A stretch of DNA of 58,368 bases from a virus (IMGVR_UViG_3300025769_000126:1-58368); one strand, 5' to 3'; shown: positions 1 to 8,945, counted from the first letter of the stretch. The notes: a model not told the origin generated them from the sequence alone. A program made the numbers and translations.

Positions 1-3000
1 TTGTTTTTGCGTGTAGTACATCTACCCAAGTAAGTGTTGAGTTTGCTGTGCGGCTTGGTGCAGTCCTAAGTTTTATTCCGCCTGTTGAACCTGTGAATAT
101 ATATGCTGCACCTTTAGAGTGTTTATGCTTAAAACCACCCGTTTGACCATGATAAGCATTAGCCATTAAACCTATAAATACTTCCGCTGCTGTGCTGTGA
201 CTTCTCACAAGTGAAGAACCGTTGCCCTCTATTGCTCGAAAAATCGTATGCCAATTTTCAACATCACTTGTACCCCATCCTATATTGCCGCTATCTTGTT
301 GCAACCATAATGTATCAGTACTACTATTTTGTACTAGTAATGCCGTTGTTGCTGATGTTGTGCCGCCGCCTTTTACGTGTAATCGCCCTAGGTTTGTTCC
401 ACCTGTATTTATTCCAACAGAACCTGTGTCGTAATATATATCTGAACCACTTGTTGTCCAAGGTGAAGAACCACCACCTCCACCACCACCACCACCACCA
501 CTCAACAAATTTGTTGTGGTTGTTCCATCGTAAAATTTCAAGCTTGTGCCATCAAACCACAAATCCCCGCTATTTGGTGCGGTTGGGTCTACACCACTTC
601 TCATTCGTAGAGATGCTTTGGCTGTCGTGGCTGCTGCTAAATCAATAAAAGCTGTTGGTGATGTAGTTCCTATACCTATATTGCCACCAACAAAGACGTC
701 TCCATCTAAAGTACTGTCTCCAGTATTATGAAATTTAGTTGATGGATTTGAAGTACCTAATCCAAATGGAGATGTGATTATGTATGATGGTTGGCTAGAA
801 TAATGAAACCTAACCGAATTACCTCCCGTACTGCCAAAAACCTCCAAGATACCGCCACCGCCACCGCCTTGCGATACTCTCATTATCGTATCATCATCAG
901 TAGCTTTTACTGTAAAGTTGGTGTATGTGGTTAATGCTCCACTATGCGTTATAGCACCATCATCCGTAACCTTCAACAAATCCGTTCCCGCACTGTTCTG
1001 TGCTAAGAAGGTGGTTGTAGCAGATGTTGTGCCGCTGCCTACTATGTGAGTTCTTGCTGTTGGAGATGACACTCCAATACCAACATTGCCATCTTTGGTT
1101 AATTTCAGTCCAACATAGTGTGTACCCAAATTTTTGTATTGTAGAAACACTCCATCGTTTTCATCGTTTTGTCTGTCAAAACCAATAGCATTATAAATTA
1201 ACGTATTGCCTATTGAATAATATCCAAAAAAACCATTTGACCCACTATAAATTGAACCTGAGTTATTAGACTTTGCAGCTATATATCCTTCTTCGTCAAA
1301 TCTCCATCCATTGTTCCCCGACATTGGTAATAGCAATATATCTCCAGCTGCGTCGGTAGATTTTATCTCAATATCTCTCCTTGCAGTCAAAACCAGATCT
1401 GTGCCATCTGCGTATAAAGTAGCAGTATAATTATTACTTGCACTTTTTAGTTTTAATACACCACCATCAAAGATGGTTACTGTGCCATCGTCAGTTACAT
1501 TTAACTTGTCCGTTCCATCGCTATTCTGCACCAATAATGCAGTTGTTCCGCTTGTTGTTCCGCTGCCTTTAACGTGTAGTCTTGCTGTTGGAGATGCTTC
1601 GCTTATGCCTACGTTGCCGCTTGTGTTAATCCGCATTGCTTCGGCATTGTTACTGTACCAAGTTGGAAAAAATAATGCAGCCGCAGTATGTCTAATCTCA
1701 CCTGTTGTAGGAATTATTGATATTTCGTGATAATTAGCCGTATTCAAACTATTGCGAAATGCGAGTCCGTATTCTCCAACTCCACTTGCTTGTATTCTCG
1801 GTTTAGGGTTGTTTCCCAAAAAATAGAATTGCCCATCATCCGTAACCTTCAATAAGTCCGTTCCCGCACTATCTTCTAATAAAAATGTTGTTCCAGTTGT
1901 TGTTCCTTCGCCTTTTACTCCAAGTCTTGCACCTAAAGATGTTACATCGTTGCCTATTGTTACTTGACTGCTTTCATTGTAATTAATAGCACCTACGAAC
2001 GAAGAACCATTAAAATATTGAAGGCTTGTTACGCTACCTTGTTGTTGTAATCTTGTATAACCCCTAGTTTGGGTGGTATCTCTTAAAGTTATATATGCAG
2101 CACCAGCTACATTCATAGTTAATCGTTCGGCAAACAATCCAGAACTTGTTACATATGCAACTTCGGTTCCTTGTACTGCTAATGATAGTCTGTTAAATCC
2201 TATTGCATCTATTTGTGGTCCAACACTTGTATTGTAACCAATATCTACCCCTTCATTAACATTAGCATCTCTTCTAACTCTTATAAAGTTTTCATCCCTC
2301 GTAAAACTTGCCGAATAACTCAAATCAGTACCACCAACATTGGTAAATGGTATCTGCCCATCTGTGCCTAACGAATGGAATGTGTTACCATTAATGTCTG
2401 TTATGGTTCCATTATCTAACACCTTCAACAACTCTGTATCCGCACTATTTGTCAATAAGAATGTTGCTTGAGTTGTTATGCCTCTACCTTTTACGCCAAG
2501 TCTTGCACCCATAGAACCATCGTTTCCAATAGATACTACCTCAGATGCACTACCATAAGCCCAATAGCTAAAACCCGAATGTCTATAATAACTACCTAAT
2601 AAGTAAACGGAATTACCACCACCCATATAGATTGTGTTAGAACCAACACCATAAATGCGAAAATCCGAACCGCTTTGTCCGTTTAATTGTAGTCTTAAAT
2701 CACCTTCAGCATATAGTTCTGTCCCACCATAATGCAGTCCACTCGAATAAGCCAAGTTATCATTCGTAGCATTAACAAAGGGTATCTGCCCATCTATGCC
2801 GAGTGAAACACCAGCTGACCTGCTTGCTATAGAATAGTAACCACCATCTATCAAGCTACCTGAACCACTTGTGTAAGATAATGTTAGGTTATAAAAATTA
2901 GAATCAGTGGGGTCTACCGTTGCAGCTGTACAAGTGTATATTGCAAAGGCATCTGGATCTTGATTATTAGCTATTATTATGTTGCCACCTCCAAAGGCAG

Positions 3001-3322
3001 TTATTACTGTTATTGCGTCGACGTCATACCCACGCGCAACAGTACTAATTCGCAGTGTTGTAACATCAACAAACTGTATCGATGTCTCAACAAGGTCAGT
3101 GATAGCCATAGATCCCTCTGGTTGAGTAGATGATCCCCCAAAGTATGAATTAAAAAACATATACGGAAGCTGACCTATAACCCCCGCAGCGTTTGTATTA
3201 GCTGTAAAAGCAACTATGTCTTCGATAGCAAAGTTTTTTGTAGTTCCGTCTGTATTAGAGCCGACTAACCTATCGCTACCTTGTATAGTGGTATCGTTGA
3301 CGTATTTACTTATTCTAGCCAT
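1..3322 (-). CDS. Tail fibre / receptor-binding protein, 3'-truncated at contig edge (>1107 aa)
   Basis: Absent from the ORF track, consistent with no stop before the edge. ATG at 3322 (MARISKYVNDTTIQGSDRLVGS...); the same frame reads ...WVDVLHAKT at positions 2-28. Contains GNVGIG-type motifs, a poly-Gly linker and five RLxVKGxGTT...LLKVTDDG-like repeats. Confidence 0.85.
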   Translation of the reverse strand, partial: MARISKYVNDTTIQGSDRLVGSNTDGTTKNFAIEDIVAFTANTNAAGVIGQLPYMFFNSYFGGSSTQPEGSMAITDLVETSIQFVDVTTLRISTVARGYDVDAITVITAFGGGNIIIANNQDPDAFAIYTCTAATVDPTDSNFYNLTLSYTSGSGSLIDGGYYSIASRSAGVSLGIDGQIPFVNATNDNLAYSSGLHYGGTELYAEGDLRLQLNGQSGSDFRIYGVGSNTIYMGGGNSVYLLGSYYRHSGFSYWAYGSASEVVSIGNDGSMGARLGVKGRGITTQATFLLTNSADTELLKVLDNGTITDINGNTFHSLGTDGQIPFTNVGGTDLSYSASFTRDENFIRVRRDANVNEGVDIGYNTSVGPQIDAIGFNRLSLAVQGTEVAYVTSSGLFAERLTMNVAGAAYITLRDTTQTRGYTRLQQQGSVTSLQYFNGSSFVGAINYNESSQVTIGNDVTSLGARLGVKGEGTTTGTTFLLEDSAGTDLLKVTDDGQFYFLGNNPKPRIQASGVGEYGLAFRNSLNTANYHEISIIPTTGEIRHTAAALFFPTWYSNNAEAMRINTSGNVGISEASPTARLHVKGSGTTSGTTALLVQNSDGTDKLNVTDDGTVTIFDGGVLKLKSASNNYTATLYADGTDLVLTARRDIEIKSTDAAGDILLLPMSGNNGWRFDEEGYIAAKSNNSGSIYSGSNGFFGYYSIGNTLIYNAIGFDRQNDENDGVFLQYKNLGTHYVGLKLTKDGNVGIGVSSPTARTHIVGSGTTSATTTFLAQNSAGTDLLKVTDDGAITHSGALTTYTNFTVKATDDDTIMRVSQGGGGGGILEVFGSTGGNSVRFHYSSQPSYIITSPFGLGTSNPSTKFHNTGDSTLDGDVFVGGNIGIGTTSPTAFIDLAAATTAKASLRMRSGVDPTAPNSGDLWFDGTSLKFYDGTTTTNLLSGGGGGGGGGGSSPWTTSGSDIYYDTGSVGINTGGTNLGRLHVKGGGTTSATTALLVQNSSTDTLWLQQDSGNIGWGTSDVENWHTIFRAIEGNGSSLVRSHSTAAEVFIGLMANAYHGQTGGFKHKHSKGAAYIFTGSTGGIKLRTAPSRTANSTLTWVDVLHAKT

Positions 3323-3328
3323 TTTACA

Positions 3329-4309
3329 TTACTTTTTTGACTTAGATCCAAAGCCGTTCATTTTATATGTAGCTGGAGAGTTATATCTTTTTCCAATTAT
3401 ATTCTCTGTACTAGCTTTACCTTTATTCCTGAACTCAAAATACCCTTTTTCTGTAAATGGTTTACCTGTTGTTGGATCTATTGTTTTTCTATTAAATCTA
3501 GATACCTTTTCTCCATCCCTCTCTTCTTTCATTTTATAATAGTCTCTAGTTGCTCTTCTTATCTCTTGATTCTGCGCTCTACGTAGTATTGTGTTACTGC
3601 GTTTGACATTCTGTCTTTCTGCAGCACCTTGGTTGTATTTGCTCTTAGGTTTATCTATATCCCCTTGTATTGGTTCTTTTGTACTATTACTTTCGATGCT
3701 TTGTGTTGCGTACTTTAAGCCAGCATTAAAAGCATTACCACCAAGAGTGTAAGCATCGCCGCTGAAAGGGTCTTTATAACTAGATGATCTACCAAGTCCC
3801 TCAGCCATTTCCGCTTTTGTTGGTACTTCATAATCCAAACCATCTGCTTCTTCGAAGTCTTCTGAAGTTAGTACGTCTGGTATGAATACATCTGTCTTAT
3901 ACTTTAATGCAGAGCTTTTATATGTTATTGGTGATGACTGTGACAGTGAGTCAAAGCCCATTTTTAATACTGAGTTTTTCTTGTTGCTTTTCATGTTTTT
4001 AGTTTTATTATAGGCTTCGCGTTCCCAAGGCAACGTACCTGCTCCTTCGTTCATACTGCTTCTAGGGTATATTTTACCCTTCCAGTAAACGTTGTTGTCA
4101 TCGTAGTCTAAGTCTCCGCGTTTCATTTGTTCTATATGTACTTTCTCGTGCGCTATGGCTTCTTTCTCTAATGGCGAACCCTTCTTAACACTCTTGTCTA
4201 CATATATAGACCCATCATTATTAGCTTCAGCTATAACGTCGCCATCTAAGTCTTTTCTAATTACAGGTGTTCCACCTTGTTTTAATTTTTTTCTTTTTGA
4301 TTTTGCCAT
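3329..4309 (-). CDS. Zincin-like metallopeptidase domain protein with low-complexity basic C-terminus
   Basis: AHEKVH (HExxH) followed by LPWEREAY. Confidence 0.6.
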   Translation of the reverse strand: MAKSKRKKLKQGGTPVIRKDLDGDVIAEANNDGSIYVDKSVKKGSPLEKEAIAHEKVHIEQMKRGDLDYDDNNVYWKGKIYPRSSMNEGAGTLPWEREAYNKTKNMKSNKKNSVLKMGFDSLSQSSPITYKSSALKYKTDVFIPDVLTSEDFEEADGLDYEVPTKAEMAEGLGRSSSYKDPFSGDAYTLGGNAFNAGLKYATQSIESNSTKEPIQGDIDKPKSKYNQGAAERQNVKRSNTILRRAQNQEIRRATRDYYKMKEERDGEKVSRFNRKTIDPTTGKPFTEKGYFEFRNKGKASTENIIGKRYNSPATYKMNGFGSKSKK

Positions 4310-4310
4310 T

Positions 4311-4754
4311 TTATCTAGTATTATCTTTGAGCATAATATCTATGGCTTTATTGAATACCTTGTCCGTGTACGATTTGTTTTCAAAAAACACACTACGTTT
4401 AGAAGTAGGTAAATCTTCTTCAGCCAGCAATATGCGATATATTCTGCTTATTAGTTGTGAGCACTTAAATGATGTCTTAAAAATGCTGTATTTGATTGTA
4501 GTGCGATTGCGATTCCTCCATACCTCTATCCAGCCTTGTTTCCGCATTTTATCCCAGCGGCGTTTGTCCCAAGACAAGAGGTATTCACCATCCATAAATT
4601 CTTTTCTAGTAAACCTACCCATACAGTCTAGTGTTATTAACAACTCTAATTCTGCATCGGTTAGATTATAAGTTTTACAGGCCCACTTTCGAACGAGCCT
4701 GTAATACTTTAATAATCCTATTTCTCTTAAATCAGAGGGTTCTATCCTCTTCAT
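4311..4754 (-). CDS. Hypothetical protein, possible winged-helix DNA-binding protein
   Basis: LTDAELELLITL...KMRKQGWIEV resembles MarR-type wHTH; tightly coupled to groES. Confidence 0.4.
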   Translation of the reverse strand: MKRIEPSDLREIGLLKYYRLVRKWACKTYNLTDAELELLITLDCMGRFTRKEFMDGEYLLSWDKRRWDKMRKQGWIEVWRNRNRTTIKYSIFKTSFKCSQLISRIYRILLAEEDLPTSKRSVFFENKSYTDKVFNKAIDIMLKDNTR

Positions 4755-4756
4755 AG

Positions 4757-5014
4757 CTATTCTACTATAACTACATCGTTAACCCTTATTACTTTGTAGA
4801 CGATGTTATCTTTTGTTATGCTGTGGCCAGCATGCTTGTCATAATATATTATATCACCTTCCTTTAAAACGTCTGGTACAAGGTCCCCATTACTTATTAT
4901 TTCACCCTTTAGATACCTATTTTCGCTGTCGATGCTATCTGAAATATCAAGACCAGCTATTTGCTTTTTTTCTTTGATATTTTTTACTATCATATAATAA
5001 CTAACTGCTCGCAT
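4757..5014 (-). CDS. groES: Co-chaperonin GroES (short, divergent)
   Basis: 85 aa; mobile-loop-like IAGLDI, KGEIISNG, LKEGDIIYYDKHAG; overlaps the groEL stop. Confidence 0.85.
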   Translation of the reverse strand: MRAVSYYMIVKNIKEKKQIAGLDISDSIDSENRYLKGEIISNGDLVPDVLKEGDIIYYDKHAGHSITKDNIVYKVIRVNDVVIVE

Positions 5015-6599
5015 TTTCTATTCTTATATTAGATACTACACAATCAGCTGAAATTATAGTAGATACTACACTAACCGCATTCTTTAATGCTGTTTTAGTA
5101 ACTAGCAACGGATCAACTATACCCGCTTTTATCATATCAACATACTCACCTGTTACAACGTTGCAACCTACACCAGTATCACCCTTGTCTTTAAGCTCTA
5201 TACCAGCGTTTTCTAGTATTGTTTTGTATGGTGCTTTTATCGCATTAAAGAATATCTCTAAACCTGGATGGTCTTCAAACGATGCGTCCTGTTGATTATA
5301 TGTCTCTATGAGGCTATCCGCAGCATCTACTAGTGCAACACCGCCTCCAGGTACAATACCTTCCTGTAGTGCAGCTTTAACCGCGTAAATTGCGTCTTCA
5401 ACCCTGTCTTTCTTTTCTTTTAACTCAACCTTAGAGCCAGCTCCTACCTTTATAACACCAACAGAACCAGATAGCATAGCTAACCTTTGCTCTAATTTGC
5501 GCTTTAAAAACCCATTTTTCTCGTTTTTAATCTGTTTTTTTACATCTTCTATCCTACCTGTCAAACTTTCATCTATCGGTAGTGTAGTAAGTACCGTACT
5601 GTTGCTGTCAGTAACTGATAGTTTGGCTTTTCCAAGGCAACTAGGATCAATTAAGTCCAAATCATCCCCAAGCTCTTCATTAATTACGTCAGCACCTGTT
5701 AATATCGCTAAATCCTCTATAGTTTGGTTCCTTGTTGGTCCAAAACCAGGTGGGTCTATTATATTAACCTTTATGTTACCCTTAACTTTGTTCATTAGTA
5801 GGGCTGATTTAACCTGTTGTTCAACCTCTGCCACTATAAGTAGTGACTTTTTGTTCTTTATTACATATTCTAGTATGTTTTGTATCTTCCTAAGATTAGG
5901 TATCTTACTAGATACAATCAAAACAACAGGATTTTCAAGTTCACACTTGTTTTTCTCTGTATTTGTTACTAGGTATGGAGATGTGAGACCAGATTCTATC
6001 TTGACTCCATCAACAACGTCAACGTACGTCTCATCTGTTTGTGACTCTTCCATCAATACCACACCATTCTTACCTACTTTCTTATAAGCTTCTGCGATTA
6101 TCTTACCCAATACAGCGTCGTTGTTACAGCTTATAGAGCTAACATGATCTAATGTTGCTTTCTTTACTTTAACACTAACATCTTCTAAGTATGCTTCAAC
6201 CTGCTTTAAAGCTACGTCGATACCATTCTTAATGTGTCTTATAGAATAATCTTTGTATTGCGGCTTGTTTACTTCTTTCAGTAGTGATTCAGCAAGGACG
6301 ATAGCCGTAGTGGTACCGTCCCCTGCCTCTTTCACGGTATTTTTCGATGCCTCTTTAATTAGTGTTGCACCTATGTTTTCAACCGGATCGTATAAGACTA
6401 CGCTGTCTGCAACGGTTACACCGTCTTTTGTAATCACCGGTTTTCCTAATCCATCTTCATAAATAACACACTTCCCTGAAGCACCTAAGGTTGATTTAAC
6501 TGCCTTCGCTAGTTTCTCAACCCCATTAATAACCTTCGTTTTTGCGTCGATGCCAAAATCTAAATTCTTGACAATCTGACTTGGTAAATTATATTCCAT
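5001..6599 (-). CDS. groEL: Chaperonin GroEL (Cpn60)
   Basis: ITKDGVTVA, AGDGTTTA, PGFG, KKDRVEDA and EGIVPGGG motifs. Confidence 0.97.
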   Translation of the reverse strand: MEYNLPSQIVKNLDFGIDAKTKVINGVEKLAKAVKSTLGASGKCVIYEDGLGKPVITKDGVTVADSVVLYDPVENIGATLIKEASKNTVKEAGDGTTTAIVLAESLLKEVNKPQYKDYSIRHIKNGIDVALKQVEAYLEDVSVKVKKATLDHVSSISCNNDAVLGKIIAEAYKKVGKNGVVLMEESQTDETYVDVVDGVKIESGLTSPYLVTNTEKNKCELENPVVLIVSSKIPNLRKIQNILEYVIKNKKSLLIVAEVEQQVKSALLMNKVKGNIKVNIIDPPGFGPTRNQTIEDLAILTGADVINEELGDDLDLIDPSCLGKAKLSVTDSNSTVLTTLPIDESLTGRIEDVKKQIKNEKNGFLKRKLEQRLAMLSGSVGVIKVGAGSKVELKEKKDRVEDAIYAVKAALQEGIVPGGGVALVDAADSLIETYNQQDASFEDHPGLEIFFNAIKAPYKTILENAGIELKDKGDTGVGCNVVTGEYVDMIKAGIVDPLLVTKTALKNAVSVVSTIISADCVVSNIRIENASS

Positions 6600-6627
6600 T
6601 AAATTAAATTGTTTTGTTAAAGATTAA

Positions 6628-6927
6628 TTACTCACCATCTTCTTCAAAGGTTTTAATCACCTTAGGCCCATCTAAAAAATCAAGCTTCTTAGTATAGTGA
6701 TCGATGCTTCCATCAATTGCTGCTTCTGCTCCTTCGATAGTTTCCCTTCGTGTTACATCAGTCCAGCCTCCATTTTCATGCTTGCATTCAGTCTGATAAA
6801 ACCCATTAGGTAGTTGTGTAATTCTCCAGTTTTTCTTCTGTGATAAAAACTTCCAGAGGTTAATTGTCTCCTCTGGCACTTGTGGACGACCACTCCACGT
6901 ATTGGTCTTGTAATAAATATACGTCAT
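6628..6927 (-). CDS. Hypothetical protein
   Basis: ORF track gives 6628..6975; ATG at 6927 (MTYIYYK) is the likelier start. Confidence 0.7.
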   Translation of the reverse strand: MTYIYYKTNTWSGRPQVPEETINLWKFLSQKKNWRITQLPNGFYQTECKHENGGWTDVTRRETIEGAEAAIDGSIDHYTKKLDFLDGPKVIKTFEEDGE

Positions 6928-6971
6928 TATATATGGTAATTTGGTTTGTAAGGCACTTGGTTTCGCGGACC

Positions 6972-7229
6972 TCACTTACGCGTTATTTTATTTTTTTTCT
7001 TTACTTCACCCCTGGTGTATGTTGCGCGGTTATACGCTCTAGATACTCTCTTCAAAGTACCATCTGATGCATGGTGAATATCAGAATCAGATCTCTGCCC
7101 GAACCTCTGGTTTTCTGCCTTTCTCTTACGTCTTTTAGGCGTCATAGCTGCAGCCTTGTCTCTAGCCCGCTTTCTTTTTAAAGCAGTAGGAGAAAGCCCC
7201 TGAGAGTTCCCTTTTCGCTTGATTCCCAT
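6972..7229 (-). CDS. Small basic protein with HNH-like remnant
   Basis: K/R-rich; DIHH...SRAYNRA resembles a minimal HNH motif. Confidence 0.5.
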   Translation of the reverse strand: MGIKRKGNSQGLSPTALKRKRARDKAAAMTPKRRKRKAENQRFGQRSDSDIHHASDGTLKRVSRAYNRATYTRGEVKKKNKITRK

Positions 7230-7235
7230 GGTGAA

Positions 7236-7262
7236 ATAATCACATGTATATGTTTAAATTTA
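7236..7262 (-). promoter_or_regulatory. Class B promoter-like motif TRRA-N15-GTRAYWAT
   Basis: Minus strand TAAA-N15-GTGATTAT just upstream of the ATG at 7229. Confidence 0.45.
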
Positions 7263-7270
7263 AAAGGGGG

Positions 7271-7313
7271 TGACAATAGCTAGTTACTTCTATATCTTAA
7301 CAGGCTAATGTCA
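7271..7313. repeat. 43-bp inverted-repeat element, copy 1
   Basis: TGACAATAGCT-N21-GGCTAATGTCA. Confidence 0.9.
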
Positions 7314-7567
7314 TACTTTTCTTTGCTTGGATATTTTTTGTATTAGATATAGGGATATTTTTTATAGCAAGCTATACATTTTATTTTTATTTGCCACAGA
7401 GAAACTCTTTTTTTTTTACAAGCCCCCATGTTGTTTATATTAATCACAAATAGTTTTTTGGCTTTTTTATTTAAACATTTTCACACACTTTAATAAGCAT
7501 GATAAAAATCTTATCAATATTTTAGATAGCGGCCCCCGCCCGTAGGGCGTTTGTGTATAGCATTTTA

Positions 7568-7594
7568 CAAGAATTTTACGATGCTCGATCGATA
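7568..7594 (+). promoter_or_regulatory. Class A motif CAA-N6-TACG-N10-GATA, copy 1
   Basis: CAAGAATTTTACGATGCTCGATCGATA. Confidence 0.75.
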
Positions 7595-7634
7595 GTATTA
7601 CTGAATTTAATATAAAGTACGTAGACGATAAAGT

Positions 7635-7661
7635 CAAATAAAATACGAAGTATATAAGATA
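7635..7661 (+). promoter_or_regulatory. Class A motif, copy 2
   Basis: CAAATAAAATACGAAGTATATAAGATA, upstream of the ATG at 7689. Confidence 0.75.
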
Positions 7662-7688
7662 GTAAAACCAAATAAAATAATAAATATC

Positions 7689-7925
7689 ATGAACAAAGTA
7701 AACACATTAATCTCAAAAAGATTCGTAATCAGAAAATCTCTAATCGGTAAAAACACTGTAATCAAAGTTGAATTCAAGAATGGTAAAACATTTGAATACA
7801 ACCACGACAAGGCGTGGGAACTCATGAAAGACAACTTAGAAAATCTCGCGTGTTGGGAGAAGTACAAAAGTTATACAAGTAGCACTTCGATACCAAGAGT
7901 ACTACAATCGGCGGAGGTAGTGTAA
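7689..7925 (+). CDS. Small early protein, paralog A
   Basis: Shares RKSLIG, V.FKNGK, YNHD and CWEKYKSYTSSTSIP with 8403..8630. Confidence 0.85.
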   Translation: MNKVNTLISKRFVIRKSLIGKNTVIKVEFKNGKTFEYNHDKAWELMKDNLENLACWEKYKSYTSSTSIPRVLQSAEVV

Positions 7926-7936
7926 CAACTACTTCC

Positions 7937-7949
7937 ACCCCTTCGGGGT
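7937..7949 (+). terminator. cUUCGg hairpin downstream of paralog A
   Basis: ACCCCTTCGGGGT; no U-tract, so it may be a stabilising hairpin rather than a terminator. Confidence 0.35.
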
Positions 7950-7971
7950 CGATCTATTGATCGATCGATCT

Positions 7972-8021
7972 ATCTTGCACTAAAGGTTAGTCAAATGAGA
8001 GTTCGATTCTCTCTGCAAGAT
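7972..8021 (+). ncRNA. Minimal tRNA-like element (acceptor stem plus T-arm, no anticodon arm)
   Basis: ATCTTGCA/TGCAAGAT stem enclosing a perfect T-arm GAGAG-TTCGATT-CTCTC. Confidence 0.55.
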
Positions 8022-8023
8022 CT

Positions 8024-8173
8024 ATGAAATATGAACTAAAAAAAGAAAAGAACGAGAAAATAACAGTATTCCACGTGCTGCTGTTCTTAGTGTATGTATG
8101 GCAAACAACAGGTGTTTTGATACTTATTGGGTACTTAATAACTGGTAAACTTAACCCAATATTGTGGTTCTAA
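8024..8173 (+). CDS. Small membrane protein (49 aa)
   Basis: Read manually: MKYELKKEKNEKITVFHVLLFLVYVWQTTGVLILIGYLITGKLNPILWF. Confidence 0.65.
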   Translation: MKYELKKEKNEKITVFHVLLFLVYVWQTTGVLILIGYLITGKLNPILWF

Positions 8174-8180
8174 AAAAGGG

Positions 8181-8223
8181 TGACAATAGCCTGTTACTTC
8201 TTAACCTTAATAGGCTAATGTCA
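8181..8223. repeat. 43-bp inverted-repeat element, copy 2
   Basis: TGACAATAGCC-N21-GGCTAATGTCA. Confidence 0.9.
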
Positions 8224-8268
8224 CACTTTGCTTAAACTCCGCCCCTTGGGCGAAAATACACCGCCAGG

Positions 8269-8301
8269 TGTATAGCATAGTGTATAGCACTATGTATAGC
8301 A
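8269..8301 (+). repeat. Three tandem TGTATAGCA repeats, 12-bp period
   Basis: Copies at 8269, 8281 and 8293; single copy at 7554. Confidence 0.85.
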
Positions 8302-8338
8302 CTTCGCTTCGCCGTAAAGTCTTTGTTCCGTCGTCTCA

Positions 8339-8365
8339 CAAACTTATTACGATGCTCTATCGATA
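8339..8365 (+). promoter_or_regulatory. Class A motif, copy 3
   Basis: CAAACTTATTACGATGCTCTATCGATA. Confidence 0.75.
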
Positions 8366-8402
8366 ATATTACTGAATTTAAACTAATAAATATAGTAAAA
8401 CC

Positions 8403-8630
8403 ATGAAAGTATTAAAAGCAAAAAGATTCTTCTTAAGAAAATCTCTAATCGGACAAGACCAAGTAATTGAAGTTACCTTTAAAAACGGAAAAGTAGCAAA
8501 GTATAACCACGATGCAGTGTTTGAGGTAATGAAAAGTAAACTAGAAGAAATGAACTGTTGGGAAAAGTATAAAAGCTACACAAGTAGTACTTCAATACCT
8601 GTTCCAGCAAGAGAGTTACTGCTTGATTAA
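8403..8630 (+). CDS. Small early protein, paralog B
   Basis: Paralog of 7689..7925. Confidence 0.85.
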   Translation: MKVLKAKRFFLRKSLIGQDQVIEVTFKNGKVAKYNHDAVFEVMKSKLEEMNCWEKYKSYTSSTSIPVPARELLLD

Positions 8631-8645
8631 CAGCGAGTTGCAGAC

Positions 8646-8678
8646 AGAGGTGTGGAGTAACACCCTACACCTCTTTTT
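8646..8678 (+). terminator. Rho-independent terminator
   Basis: AGAGGTGT...ACACCTCT stem followed by a T-run. Confidence 0.7.
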
Positions 8679-8706
8679 AATACTTAAACAATAGTGCACC
8701 TTTTAA

Positions 8707-8733
8707 CAATAAAAATACGGCACTTAATCGATA
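8707..8733 (+). promoter_or_regulatory. Class A motif, copy 4
   Basis: CAATAAAAATACGGCACTTAATCGATA. Confidence 0.75.
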
Positions 8734-8759
8734 ATAATACCAAATAAATAACAAAAACC

Positions 8760-8945
8760 ATGAATAAAGTAAAAACACTTGCTAAAGACGACTTCGGAGT
8801 ACCATCTCTACTATTATTAACTAAAAACGGAACAGAAACTAAGTTAGAAAAAGTAGACTATACACGCTTCAAGTTTGAAGGGGAGTATGTATCTTACTCA
8901 GTTTTCTATCGCTTCAACAACAACACTTACATAGAAGTATGCTAA
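8760..8945 (+). CDS. Hypothetical protein
   Basis: ORF track; A-rich leader; first gene after a class A motif. Confidence 0.7.
   Translation: MNKVKTLAKDDFGVPSLLLLTKNGTETKLEKVDYTRFKFEGEYVSYSVFYRFNNNTYIEVC

Noticed and set aside
211-648. Plus-strand ORF with a His-rich run
   Set aside because: Antisense shadow of the poly-Gly (GGT)n linker in the tail fibre gene.
1-3322. Diversity-generating retroelement acting on the fibre
   Set aside because: No reverse transcriptase in the window; the repeats are in-frame and their differences are not adenine-specific.
5497-6087. Long opposite-strand ORFs (also 31435..31971, 32086..32634, 50464..50877 and others)
   Set aside because: They lie fully antisense to well-supported genes and have the Ser/Phe/Leu-rich composition expected of shadows.
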